Virus record (IMG/VR): IMGVR_UViG_3300034106_004043
Origin: a virus
Taxonomy: Duplodnaviria; Caudoviricetes
Length of the DNA: 64,000 nucleotides
Direction: 5' to 3' (one strand)
A program made the position numbers and the translations under genes. How positions within the stretch are numbered: position 1 is the first letter of the stretch; every line of letters begins with the position of its first letter. Below, one piece after another: positions 55,546 to 64,000 of this stretch. The notes beneath the pieces were generated by a model. The model was not told the DNA's origin, searched no databases, and saw only the letters and a list, made by a program, of their open reading frames with translations.

Positions 55546-56482
55546 CCCTTTTCAAATAGTTTAAAACCTTGTAATCTTGAGTCGATTCGACATTTTCATC
55601 ATTTTTTTTTTCAACCTCTTCAGGTTGTATTTCTTCTTCTTTTTTAAGTAAACCCATATAAACCGTATTGTCATACTGATTTTCCTCAGTAATTGTTTTA
55701 ACTTCTTCTACAGGTTCTTCAACAACGTCTTCAGTTATTACCTCATTGTTCTCATTAATATTTTCTTTAACAATTTCAGTATAACCATTTAAAACTTCTT
55801 CAATCTTACGTAAATCTTCTTCTGATGGTCGATATGGGTCATTTTTAGGTTCCTCTTTAACCGGATAATTATTTTTTAATATTTCCTCTAACTGATTTAG
55901 TTGTTCTTGATTAGGTTCCCATTTTTTAGGTTCCTCAGTTTTTTTCGTTTCATCAAAAACTATTTTAATTTCTTCTCTCACCGGAATAGTTTCAACATCT
56001 TTCTCAATAACTTCTTTGTTCTTTTCAGTGAACTTAACCAACATGTGAGCAAATGTAAGAGAGATGATTGGTAGTAATCCGCCAGTTAGGAATGCTAAAA
56101 CTGTTTTATGACTGTTTAAATCAGTCTTTTCAATACCCATATTTTCAAGTAATCCACCAACCATTGAAATCCAATCTTGGAATGTCTGTGATGTTTCATC
56201 AATGTATGTAAACGAAAAGAATATGTTTCCCAACATTTGAATAAATGTTACGATTAAAAACGGAAAATAAACAAATCTACCCATGTTAACTGATACGGCA
56301 GCTAAGGCAGATAATGCAGCAATTTCAATACCTACTGAAAGATATATAGCCCAAGTAAAAGGATTAGATAAACCATAAAAACTCGTAACGTGTGATATTG
56401 ACACAAACGCTACGAGTAATATTGGAATAACAAAGGCTAAAGAAATTATGTTTGTTAAATTTCTACTAAACCAATTTTTCAT
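55538..56482 (-). CDS. Multi-pass membrane protein with acidic tail
   Basis: About four TM segments then a Glu-rich region. Confidence 0.7.
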   Translation of the reverse strand: MKNWFSRNLTNIISLAFVIPILLVAFVSISHVTSFYGLSNPFTWAIYLSVGIEIAALSALAAVSVNMGRFVYFPFLIVTFIQMLGNIFFSFTYIDETSQTFQDWISMVGGLLENMGIEKTDLNSHKTVLAFLTGGLLPIISLTFAHMLVKFTEKNKEVIEKDVETIPVREEIKIVFDETKKTEEPKKWEPNQEQLNQLEEILKNNYPVKEEPKNDPYRPSEEDLRKIEEVLNGYTEIVKENINENNEVITEDVVEEPVEEVKTITEENQYDNTVYMGLLKKEEEIQPEEVEKKNDENVESTQDYKVLNYLKRDA

Positions 56483-56757
56483 TGTCCCAACTCATTCTTG
56501 TAATGGTTTATGGGCATATGGTTCTTATCCGACAATTCTTCAATTTCTAAAGTCTTCCAACTTGGAGTTTCTTTAATGATAGTAATTAGTTTATCCTGAG
56601 ATACTACGATAGTACTTAAAGAGTCAACTTTCTTTGTTAATAACTCAATCTGTTTTTCAGTCGTTTTGACTTGGGTTGAGGTTCCACATCCTTTAAAGAA
56701 GGATAATAATACGATTACCAAAATCGCGGGGATAAAGTATTTCTGTAATTTTTCCAT
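56479..56757 (-). CDS. Putative lipoprotein
   Basis: ILVIVLLSFFKGC lipobox-like sequence. Confidence 0.6.
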   Translation of the reverse strand: MEKLQKYFIPAILVIVLLSFFKGCGTSTQVKTTEKQIELLTKKVDSLSTIVVSQDKLITIIKETPSWKTLEIEELSDKNHMPINHYKNELGQ

Positions 56758-56807
56758 AATGTTTTTTTATCTAATTTAAAATTAAATTTATAACAATAAA
56801 TAGTTGA

Positions 56808-57608
56808 TTACATATAATCAAACAAGGTAACACTTTCATTTCGTAACTTACGAAGAGCTTTTTCTTTAATTTGTCTTACTCTTTCCTTAGTTAAACTGAA
56901 ATCTGAACCAATATCTTCAAGTGTTCTTGGGGTTCCTGAGATACCATAATAGTCTTCAATAATCTGTCTTTCACGTTCATCCAAAATATTCATAATACTG
57001 AATAATCCGTCTTTAAGTTGTTCCCCATTATTGAATATCTCATCAGGCATATCACTGTCTTTGTTCACAATCAAATCAATCAATGTATCACCATCCTCAT
57101 TAATCTGAGTTTGTAGGTTAATCGTTGATGGTAGGTTAGCAAATCGGTCATCAATTCTCTCACCTGTCTTGTCTGTACGTTTCTTTTCTTTATATAAATC
57201 TTGGATAACATTCACAGGGATACGGATTGTTCTTGAGTGTTCATTCAAAGACTGTAGAATAGATTGTCTAATCCACCACACTGCATATGATATAAAACGA
57301 AGGTTCTTTGTCCAATCAAAACTCTGAATTGCCTTCATAAGCCCTATATTCCCTTCCGCAACTAAATCACTAAAATCAACACCTTGTCCCTGATACTGTT
57401 TAGCGACAGTAATGACAAATCGTAGGTTACCCTCTAACAATTCTTTACAGATGCCAGCCTTTTCACTATCAGGTGTCTCTGGGTTTTGCATCGTAGCTGA
57501 CAGTTCCCTTTCTCTTTCAGGAGTCATTACCTTAATACGTCTAAGTTCTTTAAGGTAGATTTGTACTTCGTCTTGATTAATCGGGATAACTTGGTTTTTT
57601 TCCATCAT
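56808..57608 (-). CDS. RNA polymerase sigma-70 factor, RpoD/SigA-like
   Basis: NLRFVITVAKQY, DLVAEGNIGLMKA, RFISYAVWWIRQSI, TLEDIG...TKERVRQI. Confidence 0.93.
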   Translation of the reverse strand: MMEKNQVIPINQDEVQIYLKELRRIKVMTPERERELSATMQNPETPDSEKAGICKELLEGNLRFVITVAKQYQGQGVDFSDLVAEGNIGLMKAIQSFDWTKNLRFISYAVWWIRQSILQSLNEHSRTIRIPVNVIQDLYKEKKRTDKTGERIDDRFANLPSTINLQTQINEDGDTLIDLIVNKDSDMPDEIFNNGEQLKDGLFSIMNILDERERQIIEDYYGISGTPRTLEDIGSDFSLTKERVRQIKEKALRKLRNESVTLFDYM

Positions 57609-58153
57609 ATTATTTGTTTTGAGTAAATTTCTAATTGTTTTAATTGAATTTCTGACAAACTATCTATACCTTTTTCTTTTATCTTATCCAATAAATCATT
57701 AAGTGTCATAACTGGTACATCTTGAATAACTTCTTCATTAAGAATTTTAAGAATATCATCAAAAGGACTACCCCTGTGAATATGTATACCCTTTAAAAAT
57801 TCAGGAACTCCTGTATTATCACTTACGTATCTAGTCTGATTTAATTCTTCTTTTTCTGTCAAAATGTCAGTGTTTTCAAACAAATGTTTTTTAATATCTT
57901 CGTCCATAGAATATATCATGTCAGATTCAATAGGGAAAACAAAATACATTGCCGTTAATTTAACAATATTTTTTTTCATATAGTCGTCTATATCTTCCCA
58001 ATCCAACTTCGTGCCAAATGTTATTATGACACCACTGTCTCCATGTTGGAATTTTATCTCACCTTTTGATATTTGTGATACCGTTTCAGTTAAAAGGTTT
58101 AAAGCCTGTGGGTTTTCTTTATATTCCCCGAATGCAAATAATATATAATTCAT
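57605..58153 (-). CDS. Hypothetical protein
   Basis: TATCTTTG at 58167-58174. Confidence 0.7.
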   Translation of the reverse strand: MNYILFAFGEYKENPQALNLLTETVSQISKGEIKFQHGDSGVIITFGTKLDWEDIDDYMKKNIVKLTAMYFVFPIESDMIYSMDEDIKKHLFENTDILTEKEELNQTRYVSDNTGVPEFLKGIHIHRGSPFDDILKILNEEVIQDVPVMTLNDLLDKIKEKGIDSLSEIQLKQLEIYSKQII

Positions 58154-58198
58154 AATCATAGTCTTACAAAGATAATACAATTTTTTAATTTACCAAAC

Positions 58199-60526
58199 TT
58201 AATGTGAAATTTTTGAAATGTTGTCAGTTTTCGTAATCTTGATAATGTTATCAGACCAGTTTGAAATCATAGGGTTGTGAGTAATAACAAGTATGTTTTC
58301 AAAGTATTCTTTAATCTTAATAAAGAACTCATAAACCATTTCCAAGTTATCGTTAGAAATCTTACCAAATACTTCATCAAATACTGTAATATTTGGTTTA
58401 GGTAATGAACACACTTTAGCCATCACCGCTCTTAGTGCCAGTGAAGCAATTGTCTTCTCATATCCCGAACCTGAAGTCATTAACTTTTCAATTTGAGTAT
58501 TATTGTCTATCATCCAAAATTCTACCTCATTCTTTTCACTAATACGAATTTCCAATCTAAAATAACATGAGTCCTGTAATAGTCGTTGAAGTTCAGAGTT
58601 AATCAAAGGCATCATACTCTTCATAATTCTTTTTGAAATACCGTTCTTACCAAACAACTCTAAATAAACTTTATACTTAACTTCCTTTTGTTGTTCCTCA
58701 GAAATCTTAATGATTAAACTGTTATTAGAATTAATCTTTTCAAGGTTATTAGTTATCTTAAATCTTGAATTGGTTATTTCCTGTTGAACAAGTTGTTCCT
58801 CTCGTTTTAAATCTTCCAATCGTAAGTTAGCCTTAATGATTTGACTTTCAATCTGTTCGTTAGATTTAATAACATCTTGTACATCATCATATCTTTTCAA
58901 CTTATCTAATAAACTTTCCTTTTTTAACTCAAAGTTTTCAATTGTAGCTTGGTATTTTTCATAGACAAGTTTGTTTCTTTCGTACTCATCAAAGTCTTTT
59001 TTAAGTTTAACAAAACCTTGTTCTTTGTCCGATAATTCTTGTATTAAACCTTCAATCTTGGTTTTTTGCCCAATAAGTCCGTCAAGTTCAGCAATTCTTG
59101 ATTGTGTAATTGCCGCATTCATAAGTTCAATACCACAGTGCTCACACTTTATACCACCACTTACTGAACTCTTTAACTTTTGGATGGATGATATGTTAGT
59201 ATCTAACTCAACCTTTTGTTTGTAAGTCTTTTGGTACTCTTCCTTAACCTTATCATGTTCATTTTCATAATAAAACTCAGAAGGTTCAACAATCTTAACA
59301 CCATCTCTTAACTGAACATTCTGTTTGATTTGATATTCAAAAGTTTCAACTTCTTTTTTTGTGTTTTCAGGATTAAGTAATGAAATTTCTCTATCAACGA
59401 CAACTTTTGATTTCAAAAGGTTATCACGATATTCTTGTCCTTTAACAATCCTACCTCTAACATCTTCAATTTTAAATTCACTTTCTACAATATTCTTATC
59501 AAACTCTTGGTTTTTAACCAATAGTTCTTCGTTCTCATTCTTCAATGTTTCAGTATTGTAAATGTTTGAAATCATTGACTTGGAGAACTCTGAATAGATT
59601 TCTTTACCAGTCTCTTCTTTTCTTTTAAGAAAATCTAATCCTAAAAATCTTGATAAGACTTGTCCACGAGCTGTTGGTTTTGCTTCCAACAAGTCCTCAA
59701 GGTTAGTACCAGTGGTTAATATCGTCATCAAGAAGTCTTCATAACTACCAATGGATGTCTTAATAAACTTTTCAGTTTCACGTCGTTGTTCACCCGTAAA
59801 TTTAACCAATGAACCATCAGGAAACTTCTTAAAGAAGTCTAACTCTGTTTTAACATTCCATTCACCTGATTTAGATTTCTTACGTTCAAGTTCACGAACA
59901 ATAATGTAATCTTCACCATCAATAATAATCTCTCCTCTAACAGATACTTTATCTTTGTCAGAATATCTGTTGAATATCTCCTCAGCTTTGTTTGTCTTTG
60001 TTGTTGTATTGAAAAACAAGAACATTAACAAATCCACCGACAACACAGTCTTACCTCCAAAGTTAGGTGGGTCCGATTCAATTACGGTAATCCCACCCAA
60101 CTTTTCAAAGTTTATATGTTGGTTTTCACCATAAGATAGAAAGTTAGAAAACTCAATCTTCTTAATATACCACTTCTTAAATGAAGCAATCTCATCTTGT
60201 TCGGCAATCATCTTATTGTTCACCGCTGAGTCAATCTTCAGTATATCTTCGTAAAGGTTTTCTTGGGATTTAGATTGAAGGATGGACTTAATCAAATCGT
60301 GTTGATAGTTCTCGTCCATAATGTTGATAGTTACATCAACATTGTCTTGTACCTCTTCTGTTTTTTTTAACTTGGTAATAACATTTACGCTTGTAGTTGA
60401 ATACTTTTTTTGAAAGTACGCTTTCACACTTTTTAACTTTTCTTGTGTAAAATTCTCTGGGGTATCTTCCCATACTACTTGTACGTAAGGATTCTCAAGT
60501 TTTGAAAAATCTAAATCTTTTATCAT
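58199..60526 (-). CDS. SbcC/Rad50 (gp46-like) SMC-family ATPase with N-terminal extension
   Basis: IEFSNFLSYG, PPNFGGKT, CEHC hook, SGSGYE, VFDEVFG, VITHN. Confidence 0.9.
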   Translation of the reverse strand: MIKDLDFSKLENPYVQVVWEDTPENFTQEKLKSVKAYFQKKYSTTSVNVITKLKKTEEVQDNVDVTINIMDENYQHDLIKSILQSKSQENLYEDILKIDSAVNNKMIAEQDEIASFKKWYIKKIEFSNFLSYGENQHINFEKLGGITVIESDPPNFGGKTVLSVDLLMFLFFNTTTKTNKAEEIFNRYSDKDKVSVRGEIIIDGEDYIIVRELERKKSKSGEWNVKTELDFFKKFPDGSLVKFTGEQRRETEKFIKTSIGSYEDFLMTILTTGTNLEDLLEAKPTARGQVLSRFLGLDFLKRKEETGKEIYSEFSKSMISNIYNTETLKNENEELLVKNQEFDKNIVESEFKIEDVRGRIVKGQEYRDNLLKSKVVVDREISLLNPENTKKEVETFEYQIKQNVQLRDGVKIVEPSEFYYENEHDKVKEEYQKTYKQKVELDTNISSIQKLKSSVSGGIKCEHCGIELMNAAITQSRIAELDGLIGQKTKIEGLIQELSDKEQGFVKLKKDFDEYERNKLVYEKYQATIENFELKKESLLDKLKRYDDVQDVIKSNEQIESQIIKANLRLEDLKREEQLVQQEITNSRFKITNNLEKINSNNSLIIKISEEQQKEVKYKVYLELFGKNGISKRIMKSMMPLINSELQRLLQDSCYFRLEIRISEKNEVEFWMIDNNTQIEKLMTSGSGYEKTIASLALRAVMAKVCSLPKPNITVFDEVFGKISNDNLEMVYEFFIKIKEYFENILVITHNPMISNWSDNIIKITKTDNISKISH

Positions 60527-60542
60527 TCTAACTTTTGTGAAA

Positions 60543-60725
60543 TTAATTTGCGGGCTGAACAGGTTCATTTGTTTCTACTTCTTCTGTCTTTTCAGAAGCG
60601 GTTTGTCTCATCTTTTCAAACAAATCTGACATTGTTCTTTGATAGCGTCTTTCAGCATGGATGTTTCTTAATTTCCACGCAGCAACCTTCTGCTTGTGGT
60701 TTGGTCTTAATCTTGACTTTGGCAT
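60543..60725 (-). CDS. Small basic protein
   Basis: MPKSRLRPNHK... Confidence 0.65.
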   Translation of the reverse strand: MPKSRLRPNHKQKVAAWKLRNIHAERRYQRTMSDLFEKMRQTASEKTEEVETNEPVQPAN

Positions 60726-60745
60726 ATATTTATTTGGTTTTTAAA

Positions 60746-61096
60746 TTAATCTATTTTAGCTGGTCGGTTTACTTCAAACCATTCAATGAAAGCGTTGATA
60801 GCCCATACTGCCCCTGATGCAAATAACCCATCAAAGAACCATGAAATGTATGGACTTGTTCCGAAAAACTGATAAGTCGGTGAGAATAAAACTGTTCCTA
60901 AGAAGAACCCTATCCAAGTGGAACAACACATCATACAGGATAAAATACCTGAAATGAAATTGAATGTGTTTGAAAAAATTAAATCGGAGTTTCCATAAGC
61001 TTTGATGAAATCTCTCATTCCTTTGAAGATGGTTCCATAAACCATAATTGTTGAAAACCCGTAGGCTAAAATCATAAATAATACTAACTGTGTCAT
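60746..61096 (-). CDS. Membrane protein with CxxC (DUF1360-like)
   Basis: TM segments; CMMCCSTWIGF. Confidence 0.6.
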   Translation of the reverse strand: MTQLVLFMILAYGFSTIMVYGTIFKGMRDFIKAYGNSDLIFSNTFNFISGILSCMMCCSTWIGFFLGTVLFSPTYQFFGTSPYISWFFDGLFASGAVWAINAFIEWFEVNRPAKID

Positions 61097-61551
61097 ATTC
61101 TGTTTTTTAAGTTTGAATTCTGTAGGTAGAAAGCATAAGAAGTTTTTGTCATATCTTCAAGCTCATTTACCTTTCTTGTTAATTCTTTTATTGTGTTATT
61201 TTTATCACTTAATTGTCTGTTTAGTTCAAAAAGGGTTTCTTGTAGTTTTCCACACTCCACTTCCTTTTTATCTTCCAATTTACCTTTAAGAATGTAAATT
61301 TCATTTTGTAGTTCTTCAATCTTTGAGTTATCTTCAACAATAACTTCCTTCTCAAATTCTCTGTCAATTACATCAGGTAAGTTCCCTTGGTTAAGTAATC
61401 CATATTTTTCAATATAGTATCCTTTACGGAAACATAGTTTAACAAAACCATTAGGGTCAGTTATTTCATTAATCTTACAGAACGAGTTGAAATCCTCAAC
61501 ATCCTGTTTAGATAACTCAATAGTTAACGAATTTTTCTGTTCCATTTTCAA
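61093..61551 (-). CDS. Hypothetical coiled-coil protein
   Basis: ORF track. Confidence 0.65.
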   Translation of the reverse strand: MKMEQKNSLTIELSKQDVEDFNSFCKINEITDPNGFVKLCFRKGYYIEKYGLLNQGNLPDVIDREFEKEVIVEDNSKIEELQNEIYILKGKLEDKKEVECGKLQETLFELNRQLSDKNNTIKELTRKVNELEDMTKTSYAFYLQNSNLKNRI

Positions 61552-62296
61552 TATCTTCGTATGAGTTTATTCTAAATGATATGAAAGGTTTTGGGTTGAA
61601 TAAATCCACGGTTGTATACTCATCTTTTTCCACATCATAAATTCCATATCCGTGTTTGGTTACCGTTTCACCATAATTCTGCCCAATGGTTGAACCAATC
61701 ATATAAGCCTTCTTACCACCAGGTATATCAAAGATTTGTCTCTTGTGAATATCACCACATAATACCAAGTCACATCCATCAAACTTTGATGTTTCAAACC
61801 CATCTTCAAACTTAAATCCTAAGTTGGTTGTAAGTCCCTGAACTGGTCCGTGAAATAATCCAATTTTAACTCTATCAGATTTTTCAATCGTAGGTGGGAT
61901 GTTATGGTCCATAAGTGAATACACACACCAATCAATATTTTCATCCTGATATACACCTCTGTTCTTGTAGTAAACCACCATATCATTTTTAAGTGAGTCA
62001 ACCACAGGTGTTAAAGCGTCCAATCGTTCCATATTGTTTTCAAGGAAGTCGTGATTACCAGGTATTAATATTGTTTTAGCAATCTTTGAACACTCCGTCA
62101 ATACCCAAGCGATGAACTCAACAAGTTCAGGTGTCATTTGATTTTTTGAGTGAACCAAATCCCCCGTGAATACAATTCTATCAGGAGCAATATCTTTCCA
62201 TTGTTTAAAAGCTTCTTCTAAAATTGACTTATATAGTTGGTGGTCTTTAAACAACCTAACGTGTAAATCAGAGAAATGAACTAACTTTTTTATCAT
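61517..62296 (-). CDS. SbcD/Mre11 (gp47-like) metallophosphoesterase nuclease
   Basis: HFSDLH, TGDLVH, PGNHD, FHG, GDIH. Confidence 0.9.
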   Translation of the reverse strand: MIKKLVHFSDLHVRLFKDHQLYKSILEEAFKQWKDIAPDRIVFTGDLVHSKNQMTPELVEFIAWVLTECSKIAKTILIPGNHDFLENNMERLDALTPVVDSLKNDMVVYYKNRGVYQDENIDWCVYSLMDHNIPPTIEKSDRVKIGLFHGPVQGLTTNLGFKFEDGFETSKFDGCDLVLCGDIHKRQIFDIPGGKKAYMIGSTIGQNYGETVTKHGYGIYDVEKDEYTTVDLFNPKPFISFRINSYEDIENGTEKFVNY

Positions 62297-62526
62297 AGTT
62301 CTAATTTCGGAGATTCAATGTGAAATGGGTTTAATTCTTCATTAACATTACCACAAGCCAAACAAGCGTATGTTGGGAATGGAACAACGGTATCGTCAGG
62401 TGAACCAGTTAATAACTTTGGTACTCGTTTTAGATACGTAATTTCTTTGAACTCGTTATGTTCACATTTGTCACAGACAATAAAGTCCATGTCTCTTAAA
62501 TTAATTTTTGGTTTTTCTAATTGCAT
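62293..62526 (-). CDS. Zn-ribbon protein
   Basis: CDKC...CLACG. Confidence 0.7.
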   Translation of the reverse strand: MQLEKPKINLRDMDFIVCDKCEHNEFKEITYLKRVPKLLTGSPDDTVVPFPTYACLACGNVNEELNPFHIESPKLEL

Positions 62527-62527
62527 A

Positions 62528-62725
62528 TTATTCTTCTATAAACATTATTGTATTACTAATCGGTACTCTAAGTACTGGTTTAGATTTCTCATCAGTTTTA
62601 GTCATTACTTCGTAGTAACCTTCTCTCACCTGTACTGTTGATACGTTTAAGTAATCCTCAAAATGAAGTTGACCTAAATCAACGCTTACTGTTTTTTCTG
62701 TTGTGTTAAATGTTAGTTTTATCAT
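62528..62725 (-). CDS. Hypothetical protein
   Basis: ORF track. Confidence 0.65.
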   Translation of the reverse strand: MIKLTFNTTEKTVSVDLGQLHFEDYLNVSTVQVREGYYEVMTKTDEKSKPVLRVPISNTIMFIEE

Positions 62726-62802
62726 AATTTTTAAATATATAACTTTTTAAGGTGATTGTCAAATTTGGGGATATAAAACCTTTTAATTGATAAATTTAAG
62801 GT

Positions 62803-63729
62803 TTAATGATTGTTTAATAATTTTTCAATTTTAAATATTGATTGGTTAAAGTAATTTTCATCTATCTCACAACCTAAAAAAAGTCTGTTGTTATTTATAC
62901 AAGATATTGCTAAAGAACCGCTACCCATAAAAGGGTCAACTATAATATCTAATTCATTTGTACAGGATAATACTAACCTGTCAATTAGTTTTAAAGGTTT
63001 TTCAGTAGGATGAATTTTGTTTTCTTTCGGGATATAAAAATTTATATCATCAAAAACATCTGTAACACCCATAGGTAAATTAAAAGTATAAACTAAATCT
63101 TCGTACTTGGGTAATCCACCAAATAAAACGCTTAACTTTTCCCAATCTTCTTTTGTTGGTTCTTGTAATTTTTTTTGTTTTTTACCTGCAATTGAGGACC
63201 ATGTGCCGCCCCCGTTTGATGATTTACCTAAATATTCATTAATTTCTTTAGACGTTAAGTTTTTCTCTTCAGCCTTAATTTGTAATAAATCACGAATATA
63301 ACTTGTACTATCTTTTACAAAATAATAAATATATTCAGTCGTTGTTGGGAACATTTTTAATTTTGAAGATACCCTACCAGCAGCACTTTTCATTCCCTTC
63401 CAAACAACAATTTGTTGTCTGAATTTGAATCCGTAAGATTCTATAATAGGAAGTAAATGAGATAACTGATAACTATATCCAAATAGAAAAAAACTTCCAC
63501 TTTTTTTTGTAACTCTACTAATTTCTTTTAACCACTCCGAACACCAATCTTTGTATTCTTCAATACTTTTCCATTGTTTATCCCATTCCTCATCTACTAC
63601 CCCCCAATATGGAGGGTCAGTTATACATGCATCACAACATTCGTCAGATAAGTTTTTAAGAAAAGAAATACAATCTTGATTATAAATTTTGTTCACTTCT
63701 ACGTTTTGTTTCACCTCTTTTTTTTCCAT
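62803..63729 (-). CDS. Site-specific DNA methyltransferase (N6/N4, beta class) with internal insertion
   Basis: ITDPPY, HPTEKP, VDPFMGSGS, GCEID. Confidence 0.9.
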   Translation of the reverse strand: MEKKEVKQNVEVNKIYNQDCISFLKNLSDECCDACITDPPYWGVVDEEWDKQWKSIEEYKDWCSEWLKEISRVTKKSGSFFLFGYSYQLSHLLPIIESYGFKFRQQIVVWKGMKSAAGRVSSKLKMFPTTTEYIYYFVKDSTSYIRDLLQIKAEEKNLTSKEINEYLGKSSNGGGTWSSIAGKKQKKLQEPTKEDWEKLSVLFGGLPKYEDLVYTFNLPMGVTDVFDDINFYIPKENKIHPTEKPLKLIDRLVLSCTNELDIIVDPFMGSGSLAISCINNNRLFLGCEIDENYFNQSIFKIEKLLNNH

Positions 63730-64000
63730 GTGCGGTTTTAAAATTTTTAACATTTAATAATGACTCAATTTCATCGTATTGATAAATATCTTTTTTAACA
63801 ATAAAATCTTTAGGGAGGTATCTTTTAATACCTTTTGGTTGTGTAAGTATTTTTTTTGTTAAAACTATACTTGAAACATTTTTTACACTAATTGATAAAT
63901 TAGAATTTTTTTTATTAAATTTTAATTTGAAGCAAGCCTCGTATTTTGGATTACTAGCGTAAAAATCTTTCGAGTAAGGTAAAAAATTTTTACTTTTACT
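63680..64000 (-). CDS. 3' part of a Lys-rich ORF overlapping the methyltransferase start
   Basis: Open frame from the window end to TAA at 63680-63682. Confidence 0.55.
   Translation of the reverse strand, partial: SKSKNFLPYSKDFYASNPKYEACFKLKFNKKNSNLSISVKNVSSIVLTKKILTQPKGIKRYLPKDFIVKKDIYQYDEIESLLNVKNFKTAHGKKRGETKRRSEQNL

Overview
This AT-rich, gene-dense, standard-code 64 kb segment looks like part of a large tailed phage infecting Bacteroidota. The host inference rests on TTG/TAnnTTTG promoters, signal peptides ending in Gln and two T9SS sorting domains. The window holds a tRNA region (3.0-8.5 kb: 16 tRNAs, four tRNA-like RNAs and GC-rich structured spacers) and a ~1 kb structured non-coding RNA (18.3-19.3 kb). 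It also encodes ClpP, DnaJ, a RpoD-type sigma factor, Hc1, thioredoxin/glutaredoxin, three DNA methyltransferases, SbcC/SbcD-like nucleases, two peptidoglycan hydrolases, a ~12 kb glycan-modification cluster and many hypothetical proteins. The most striking unannotated element is a candidate translation-coupled attenuator in front of the 10-tRNA array. A 37-codon leader ORF carries a run of codons matching those tRNAs, followed by a 12-nt copy of one terminator arm, so ribosome stalling from host tRNA loss could switch on phage tRNA transcription. All product calls come from motif recognition by eye; no database searches were run.
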